In this document: piece by piece, positions 57,491-64,000 of the stretch
Numbering within the stretch: position 1 is the stretch's first letter
Layout of the letters: each line of letters begins with the position of its first letter
Notes under the pieces: model-generated
Seen by the model: the letters and a program-made list of their open reading frames with translations, nothing else
What the model was told of the DNA's origin: nothing
Databases searched by the model: none
NCBI GenBank assembly: GCA_963828735.1
Contig: CAWHFW010000003.1
Span: forward strand, 96,001-160,000
Direction of reading: 5' to 3'
DNA: 64,000 nucleotides
Origin: an uncultured Gemmatimonadales bacterium
GTDB lineage: Bacteria > Gemmatimonadota > Gemmatimonadetes > Gemmatimonadales > GWC2-71-9
Translations under genes and position numbers: made by a program

Positions 57491-60487
57491 GTGCGCGCCC
57501 GTTCCCTCCCCCTCCATTCGAGTGACCGGTTGATTCGAGCGCTTCTGCTGGCCGGCGCCCTGCTGGCGACGGCCGCTCGCGCGGCGGTCGGCCAGGCTCC
57601 CGACGATCCCCGCGCCCTGACACGCGCCGCCCTGCGCGCCGTCGAAGGCGACAGCGGCGCCGCGCTCCGCGCCCAGTGGGCGGCGCGGCTCGGCAGCCGG
57701 GCCGACGATCGCGCCGCCGAACTGGGTCTCGCGACGCTCGACCGCCTCGAGTACGACTACACCTCCGCCGACGGGCGCTACGCCCGCCTCTCGGCGGATA
57801 CCGCCTCGACCGATCTGTACGCCATCTACGCCCTCATCGGCGCCGGACAGGGCCTCGATACCCGCGGCCACTTGAGCGAGGCCGGCGAGCGTCTCGGACG
57901 CGCGCGCACCGCCGCGCATCGCCGCGGCGACCACTGGGCCGAAGGCGAAGCCCTGCTCGCCCAAGCCTTCATCCGGGCTCAAGCCGAAGGCGTTGCGGCG
58001 GGATTCGCGATTCTCGATACGGTGAACCGGCTGTTGCCGCGGTCCGCGCTCGCGAGCCGGGCCGCGCTGCTGGGACGCCGCTCCGGCCTCTTCGCCATCT
58101 CCGGGCAGGGCGACAGCGCCGCGGCCCTCTCGATCGCCTGCGGCGATCTGGCGAGCCGGGCCGGCGAGCCACGCACCGAGGCCACGTGCCTGCGCGCACA
58201 GGCGTACAGCCTCTCCGCGCAGAATCGAGCCGACTCCGCGCTCGCGATTCTCGCGCAGGTCGAGCGACTCCAGCGGGAGGCCCATGATCACGGTGGGCTC
58301 GCAATCACCCTCCTGTTCGCGACCGATCCCTATCTCAACACCGGCCGCTACGGCGCGGCCAAGGCGATGCTCGAGCGGGCGCTGGTCGAGGCGGAACGGT
58401 CGCACGACGACAACTCCATCGCCGCCGTTCATCTCGGACTGGGGTCCCTTGGCATTCGCTTCGCCGACTACGTCTCGGCCGACGCCGAGCTTCGCCAGGC
58501 GGCGCAGATGTTCTCGGCGCAGGGCGACACCAATGACGCGACGAACGCCGTCTCATTCCAGGCGTATCTCGCCGCGGCGACCGGCGACCTCGCCCGGGCG
58601 CGGGCGCAGTACGGGCAGGTCATCGCGTGGCAGCAGCGGATCGGGAATGTACGCGCCGAGTACGACGACCGGCTGCAGCTCGCCGAGATCGAGCTCCGTG
58701 CCGGCGACGTTCCCGCGGCGGCCACGACGTTGAGCGCGGCCCGGCGACTTGCCCGGCGCATCGAACAACCGCGGTGGCTGACGGAGCTTGGCTACGAGGA
58801 AGGGCGGCTCGCCATGGTCCGGGGCGATCTCGCGACCGCGAAGCAGCGCCTGGACAAGTACATCCGGACCCGTGATTCGACCGAGCACCTCCAGCGCCAC
58901 CTCGGACGAACGCGCCTCGCCGAGGTCTACGCGATGTCGGGCGACGTGGAGCGCGCGGAGCACGAGCTCACCGCGGCCGGCGACGAGCTCGACCACTGGC
59001 GAGCCTCGCTCGCCGACCCCGACCTGCGGGTGCTCGCCTTCCAGGCCAGCGCTGGAGACCACCGGAGCCGCGATGCCAGCGTGGCCCGGGTACTCGCGGC
59101 CATGGTGCAGGCGGGCCGGGCCGCACCGGCGTTCGAGCTCGCCGAGCGGCGCCGGGCGCGCGAGCTGGTCGATCGGCTCACGCAGGCGGAGGCGCTACGG
59201 ACGGACAGTGCGCCGACGGCGTCAGCGAGCGCCCCGCTCCGTCGCGAGCCGGTGGCCATCACCGCGGCGGCGGCCTCGGCCGCGCTGCCCGACAGCCTCA
59301 CCGCGTTGATCGAATACGTCACGGGCCTGGACGGGGCGCCGACGAGCGTGTTCGTCGTCACCCGCGACGGGGTACAGGGTCGCGTCCTGCCCGCCGCCGA
59401 CTCGGTGCTGCCATCCATCGACCGCTTCGTCGCCCTGCTCGAGGACGGGCAGGATCCCCGCGGGCCGGCCGCAACGCTCGGCCCCGCGCTGCTCGGCCCG
59501 GCGCTCGGACTTCTCGCGCCGACGGTCGATCGCCTGCTCGTGGTGCCCGACGGACCGCTTCACCGGCTGGCGTTCGACGCTCTCCGCCTGCCCGACGGAC
59601 GTCTCGTGGTCGAGCGGTACACGGTCGCGCTGGCCCCGTCGGCGGGCGTGCTCGCGACGCTCCGCACGCGGCCGGCTCGAGCCGAGCGGGCGGGAGGCGC
59701 CATGCTTCTCGCCCTCGGCGATCCAGCCTTCGCCAGGGAGCAGGGCGACCACACCGCCCGAGGCGAACTGTTCCGCGACGCGTTCGACCGGAGCGGCGGC
59801 CTACCCCGCCTGGCAGCCGCGGGCGACGAGGTTCGCGACGTGGCCCGGTACGCGCCGGAAGCCGTGGTCCGGGTTCGCGGGGACGCGAGCGAGGCGTTCC
59901 TCAAGCGCGCGCCGCTCGCGCGATTCGGCATCCTCCACTTCGCGACCCACGCCCTGGTGGACGAAGCGACCCTCGCCCGCACCGCGCTCGCGCTGGCGCC
60001 CGGCGAGGGCGAGGATGGGTTCCTCTCACCCGCGGACCTGGCCGCGCTCCACCTCGATGCCGACCTCGTGGTGCTCTCGGCGTGCCGAACCGCGGGGGGC
60101 GTCATCGTGGCGGGCGAGGGTTTGCAGGGACTGACCGGCCCGCTGCTCGAGGCCGGAGCGCGATCCGTGGTCGCGACGCAATGGCGCATCGGGGATCGCA
60201 GCACCGTCCAGCTGGTGGACCGGTTCTACTCCGCGATGGCGGAAGGGATGCGGGTGGCGGATGCCTTGCGTGAGGCCAAGCTGGCGGCCATGCGGCATGG
60301 CGCGCCGGCGAGAGACTGGGCTGCGTTTACCGTGGTCGGCGATCCGGACGTCCGCGTGCCGCTCACGCGGCCGGCGCCAGGTCCCTCGATGTTCTGGTTG
60401 GGCGCGGCAGGCGTGGCGCTCCTCTTGGGTGGTCTCCTCATCCGCCGCCGGGCACGGGATCCCGAGGACGAACCTTCCGGCGGCTAG
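57491..60487 (+). CDS. TPR + CHAT (caspase HetF-associated) protein with signal peptide and C-terminal TM anchor
   Basis: TPR-like helices; AFELAERRRAR.L, VPDGPLH, HFATH, LVVLSAC and WAAFTVVG motifs; tail WLGAAGVALLLGGLLIRRR. Confidence 0.9.
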   Translation: MRARSLPLHSSDRLIRALLLAGALLATAARAAVGQAPDDPRALTRAALRAVEGDSGAALRAQWAARLGSRADDRAAELGLATLDRLEYDYTSADGRYARLSADTASTDLYAIYALIGAGQGLDTRGHLSEAGERLGRARTAAHRRGDHWAEGEALLAQAFIRAQAEGVAAGFAILDTVNRLLPRSALASRAALLGRRSGLFAISGQGDSAAALSIACGDLASRAGEPRTEATCLRAQAYSLSAQNRADSALAILAQVERLQREAHDHGGLAITLLFATDPYLNTGRYGAAKAMLERALVEAERSHDDNSIAAVHLGLGSLGIRFADYVSADAELRQAAQMFSAQGDTNDATNAVSFQAYLAAATGDLARARAQYGQVIAWQQRIGNVRAEYDDRLQLAEIELRAGDVPAAATTLSAARRLARRIEQPRWLTELGYEEGRLAMVRGDLATAKQRLDKYIRTRDSTEHLQRHLGRTRLAEVYAMSGDVERAEHELTAAGDELDHWRASLADPDLRVLAFQASAGDHRSRDASVARVLAAMVQAGRAAPAFELAERRRARELVDRLTQAEALRTDSAPTASASAPLRREPVAITAAAASAALPDSLTALIEYVTGLDGAPTSVFVVTRDGVQGRVLPAADSVLPSIDRFVALLEDGQDPRGPAATLGPALLGPALGLLAPTVDRLLVVPDGPLHRLAFDALRLPDGRLVVERYTVALAPSAGVLATLRTRPARAERAGGAMLLALGDPAFAREQGDHTARGELFRDAFDRSGGLPRLAAAGDEVRDVARYAPEAVVRVRGDASEAFLKRAPLARFGILHFATHALVDEATLARTALALAPGEGEDGFLSPADLAALHLDADLVVLSACRTAGGVIVAGEGLQGLTGPLLEAGARSVVATQWRIGDRSTVQLVDRFYSAMAEGMRVADALREAKLAAMRHGAPARDWAAFTVVGDPDVRVPLTRPAPGPSMFWLGAAGVALLLGGLLIRRRARDPEDEPSGG

Positions 60488-61167
60488 CGCTCCGCCAGCT
60501 GCACGGGCATGGCACTCACGAGGAGCTCGTGCCGGACGCGGCTCGCCCGCGCGAGCACGATCGACGGGTACCGCCGGCAGTTCGGCGTGTTCGTTCCGCG
60601 CACGCAGCCGTTGTAGCGAAGCAGGGCGGCCACGGGCGTGCGCGTTTCGCGCAGGTTCCGCGCGAGAATCAGCGTGCCGTGGCAGATGTTGCTGTCCACG
60701 TCCACGAGGTTGTCCGAGTTGCAGAGCCGCGCGCCCGCGTGGAACGGCATGACCTGCATCAGGCCCTGCGCGCCGACGTTGCTGGCCGCCTCCGGGCGCA
60801 GCGTCGTGTTTTCCGTCAGCAGCACCGCGGTGATCAGCGAGGGCGGCACCTGCTGACGGCCCGCCTCGCGAAGCACTGCTCGGCTGATGCGGCGGACGAG
60901 GAGGCGGTCGTCGCTGAACTGGGACAGGTAATTCTCGAGGGGACGGCGCATCGCAGCCGGCGAGAGCTCCCGCTCCGCCTCGACGCTGTCCAGTACGGCC
61001 ATCACCTCGGGGGTCGGTGAGGCAATCACGAACGAGTCCACCGTCACCGGATCACCAGGAGTGGAGGTCTGGGGCGGCGCACTCGGCTCTGACGCCAACA
61101 ACACGATTGCCAACACCGCGGCGGTCAGCTCACCCAGCCGCGTCGCATTGCGAATGACGATGTGCAT
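60484..61167 (-). CDS. Lytic transglycosylase (SLT domain)
   Basis: AVLLTEN (catalytic Glu), GAQGLMQVMP, NI..G and ALLRYNG motifs. Confidence 0.88.
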   Translation of the reverse strand: MHIVIRNATRLGELTAAVLAIVLLASEPSAPPQTSTPGDPVTVDSFVIASPTPEVMAVLDSVEAERELSPAAMRRPLENYLSQFSDDRLLVRRISRAVLREAGRQQVPPSLITAVLLTENTTLRPEAASNVGAQGLMQVMPFHAGARLCNSDNLVDVDSNICHGTLILARNLRETRTPVAALLRYNGCVRGTNTPNCRRYPSIVLARASRVRHELLVSAMPVQLAER

Positions 61168-61398
61168 GGTTCCTCCCGTGCATGGCCTCGGCGCCCTGGA
61201 AGTTGCACTTGCCGGCGGTGTGACCGGCGCCGGGACCATGGGGAGGCAGGTCCCGGGCTAGGGACCGGAAAACGGGCGGAAGCCGTTGCCAGGTGCGACC
61301 CTACGGGGACGGAGCGAAGGGGTGGGTTTCTGGCATCGGTGTGGCGGCGCTACACCAGGGTAGCGAAGCGAACTGCACTCGGATGACGTACGTCCGCA

Positions 61399-62718
61399 CT
61401 ATGGGCCTGCAGTCTCCTGCGCGATGGGAAAGAACTGGTCGGCGGTGGCTCCCGCCAGCATCTCGGGGGACTGCGGTCCGCGCGGCGCCTGTTCGACGCT
61501 CTGCAGGTCCGGCAGCGTCTGTCCCTCGGCGACCGCACCCAGCTCGCGAAATCGCCGGGCGGTGACGAGCACCCGGCTTTCGAGCGACCCGACCGCACGA
61601 TTGTAGCTCTCCACGGCCTTGTCGAGTCCACGCCGAAGCTCGTCGAAGTGTCCGGCCATCGATCCCAGACGCTCGTGGAGCTGCCGGCCGAGGTCGCTGA
61701 TCTCCCGTGCATTCCGGGCGATCTGCTCCTGCCGCCAGCCGTACGCGATGGCCCGGAGCAGCGCGATGAGCGTGGTGGGGCTCGCTGGGATGACCTGCTG
61801 GCCCACGCCGAACTCGATGAGCGACGGGTCCTGCTGACACGCGGCGCTGAAGAACGTCTCGCCCGGCAGGAACATCACCACGAAGTCCGGCGCGGGCTGA
61901 AACTGGTTCCAATAGGTCTTGCTGCCGAGGCCGACCATGTGGTCACGCACCTGGCGGGCGTGCTCCTTGAGAAGGAGCTCCCGCTCGGTCTCGTCGTCGG
62001 TGCCTTCGACCGCGTCGAGATAGGCGGCGAGTGGCGCCTTGGCGTCCACGATCACGGTCTTGTTACCGGGGAGCCGCACGACGAGGTCCGGGCGGAGGCG
62101 CCCGTTCTCACCCTCGACGCTCGCCTGTTCCTCGAAATCGCAGTAGTCCAGCATGCCGGCCATCTCCACCACGCGGCGGAGCTGGATCTCACCCCAGCGG
62201 CCGCGCACGTGCGGGGCCCGCAACGCCTTCACCAGCTTCCCGGTCTCCGACTGGAGGGACTGCGAGGCTCGAGCCATGGCGCGGACCTGCTCCAGCAGTC
62301 CCGCGTAGGACGTCAGGCGCTCCTTCTCGACCTCCTGCAGTTTCCCGTCCACCCGCGCGAGGGCCTCCTTCAACGGCCGCACCAGGTCGTCCACGGCACG
62401 CTGGCGCAGCTCGAGATCCGAAGCGGCGGTGTGTTGAAGCTCCCCGAGCTTGACCTGGGCGAGCGCGAGAAAGCTCTCGTTGTTCTGGCGCAGTGCGTCC
62501 GCCGAGAGCGAGGCGAACGCGTCCCGCAGGGTGACCTCGGCGCGCTCGAGCAGCGTGGTCCTGTCCGCGGCCGTGCGCCGCTCGGCGTCGAGCTGGGCCA
62601 TGAGTCGAGCGCGCTCTTCCCTGAGCGCGGGGGTTCGCGCGCGCGCGATGAGCCAGGCGGCCAGTGCGCCGATCACGGTGCCGATGGCGAGCCCGACCAG
62701 CAATGAGGAGAAATCCAT
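61399..62718 (-). CDS. rmuC: DNA recombination protein RmuC
   Basis: N-terminal TM, coiled coil, [29 protein letters not shown] and SPTTL.ALL motifs. Confidence 0.95.
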   Translation of the reverse strand: MDFSSLLVGLAIGTVIGALAAWLIARARTPALREERARLMAQLDAERRTAADRTTLLERAEVTLRDAFASLSADALRQNNESFLALAQVKLGELQHTAASDLELRQRAVDDLVRPLKEALARVDGKLQEVEKERLTSYAGLLEQVRAMARASQSLQSETGKLVKALRAPHVRGRWGEIQLRRVVEMAGMLDYCDFEEQASVEGENGRLRPDLVVRLPGNKTVIVDAKAPLAAYLDAVEGTDDETERELLLKEHARQVRDHMVGLGSKTYWNQFQPAPDFVVMFLPGETFFSAACQQDPSLIEFGVGQQVIPASPTTLIALLRAIAYGWRQEQIARNAREISDLGRQLHERLGSMAGHFDELRRGLDKAVESYNRAVGSLESRVLVTARRFRELGAVAEGQTLPDLQSVEQAPRGPQSPEMLAGATADQFFPIAQETAGP

Positions 62719-62746
62719 GGCTCCTCCGGGACCGGAAGGCCTGCAT

Positions 62747-62886
62747 GAGTGGCGGAATGGGTGAGGTCAGCGGGGGGAAAGGCCGACCGCATCAAGCTAA
62801 GAGCGTGCCCAGGCGGCGACAACTCGTTCCTGAAACCGTGTGAACCCGCGGGCGTAGGTCCTGTGAGAGGCACCCACTCTCCGCTC
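62747..62886 (-). ncRNA. Candidate structured RNA / leader upstream of rmuC (family unknown)
   Basis: Complementary ends plus two inner hairpins whose mismatches read as G-U only on the minus strand. Confidence 0.35.
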
Positions 62887-62930
62887 CAATCCCGTCGTCT
62901 ACAATCGAAACGTCGCCGGAGGACCCGCAG

Positions 62931-64000
62931 ATGCCACGCGCACTGATTCCATCATTCCTCGGCTTCACCGCACTCGCCCTCGTGCTGTCCGGCTGCGAGT
63001 CCCGGAAATCGGAAACCGAAACGGCCAGCGCGACGACCACCGACGCCGTCGCCGGGGCGACGGTGGCGAATTCCGGAGCCGTGCCGATCTCGTCCGCTTC
63101 GGACGAGGCCCGGAAGCTCTACCTCGAAGGGCGCGCTTTGAGTGAGCAGCTCCGCGCCCACGATGGCCGCCAACGGTACGAGGAGGCGGTCGCCAAGGAT
63201 CCGTCGTTCGCGATGGCGCACTATCAGCTCGCCGCCAACGCGGCTACGGCCAAGGACTTCTTCGCACACCTCAAGGAGGCCGTGGCGCTGTCCGACAAGG
63301 CCTCCGAAGGCGAGCGCCTCACGATCCTCGCGCTCGAGGCGGGAGGGAACGCCCAGCCTGCCAAGGCGCTCGAGTATCAGCAGGAGCTCGTCGCGAAGTA
63401 CCCGAACGACGAGCGTGCCCACTTCCTCCTCGGCGGCGGCTACTTCGGACAGCAGGACTACGACAAGGCCATCGCCGAGTACAAGCGCGCCACCGAGATC
63501 AACCCGGACTACTCGCCCGCCTACAATCTCCTGGGCTACGCCTACAAGCAGGTCGAGAAGTACGACGAGGCGGAGACGGCGTTCAAGAAGTACATCGAGC
63601 TGATTCCGGGCGACCCGAACCCCTACGACTCCTATGCCGAGCTGCTGATGAAGACCGGCCGCTTCGATGAGTCCATCCGGCAGTACCAGAAGGCGCTCTC
63701 GGTGGACGAGCACTTCTCGCCGTCGCGGGTCGGCATCGCGAACAACCTGATGCTCCAGGGCAAGCATGACCAGGCAGCCGCGAAGATGGACGAGCTGTAC
63801 GGTCGCGCGCGCGACGATGCCGACCGCCGCACCGCGATGTTCGTCAAGTCCGTCATCCTCACGGACGCCGGACGCACCGACGCCGCCGTCAAGGAGGTCG
63901 AGCGGGAGTACGCCCTCGACGCCAAGCTCGCCGATTCGGCCAACATGAGCGGCGATGCCCAGCTCATCGGCAACATCCTGCTCAACGCCGGACGCTCCGA
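62931..64000 (+). CDS. TPR-repeat lipoprotein (runs off window end)
   Basis: Not in ORF track; GGAGG RBS, MPRALIPSFLGFTALALVLSG-C lipobox, then TPRs (AHFLLG..Y...DYDKAIAEYKRA.EINP..AYNLLGYAY). Confidence 0.88.
   Translation, partial: MPRALIPSFLGFTALALVLSGCESRKSETETASATTTDAVAGATVANSGAVPISSASDEARKLYLEGRALSEQLRAHDGRQRYEEAVAKDPSFAMAHYQLAANAATAKDFFAHLKEAVALSDKASEGERLTILALEAGGNAQPAKALEYQQELVAKYPNDERAHFLLGGGYFGQQDYDKAIAEYKRATEINPDYSPAYNLLGYAYKQVEKYDEAETAFKKYIELIPGDPNPYDSYAELLMKTGRFDESIRQYQKALSVDEHFSPSRVGIANNLMLQGKHDQAAAKMDELYGRARDDADRRTAMFVKSVILTDAGRTDAAVKEVEREYALDAKLADSANMSGDAQLIGNILLNAGRS

Noticed and set aside
57491..60487. CRISPR-associated (Craspase-type) or defence CHAT system
   Set aside because: No Cas, gasdermin or other effector gene nearby; protein appears exported.
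62801..62886. ZTP riboswitch or 6S RNA assignment
   Set aside because: Only short fragments match. The ZTP 5' core (GACUGGCG...CCAC.GGGAGC) is absent, rmuC is not a purine/folate gene, and no long 6S-like rod is evident.
1..64000. Mobile elements, prophage, tRNA or rRNA
   Set aside because: No transposase, integrase or phage motifs, terminal repeats, cloverleafs or marked compositional islands seen by eye.

Overview
A gene-dense, very GC-rich (about 70% by eye) bacterial chromosomal window with about 55 CDS. I could not support any rRNA, tRNA, CRISPR array, transposase or prophage. The repertoire (secreted peptidases, TPR/CHAT proteins, small lipoproteins, short SigA-type sigma factor) suggests Gemmatimonadota, which is an inference. 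Housekeeping and envelope genes include dacB, hrpB, tamB-tamA, rmuC, a THUMP methyltransferase, an Na+/H+ antiporter, M1/M20/M24/S45 peptidases and a lytic transglycosylase. Among them lies a dispersed stress and DNA-repair set: Dps, UdgX, DUF72, an archaeal/LigB-type ligase and a second sigma70. Main candidates for novelty: (1) a four-gene, Ku-less repair operon in which an uncharacterised YaaA-like protein precedes separately encoded LigD-POL, LigC-type ligase and LigD-PE modules (36137-39369); (2) a receptor Ser/Thr kinase with histidine-kinase-like topology (TM-sensor-TM-HAMP-kinase), coupled to a secreted amicyanin-type copper protein and a divergent porin (3271-7188); (3) an ABC permease/ATPase whose binding-protein slot holds a cytoplasmic STAS fusion (41319-44346); (4) a His-less pseudo-HisKA membrane protein and an internally duplicated orphan protein beside the sigma gene; (5) an 866-aa all-coiled-coil protein; (6) a candidate structured RNA upstream of rmuC. 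Two apparent frameshifts (AKR C-terminus, tamB N-terminus) and an apparent CTG start may be sequence errors. All family calls come from motif recognition by eye; no searches were run.
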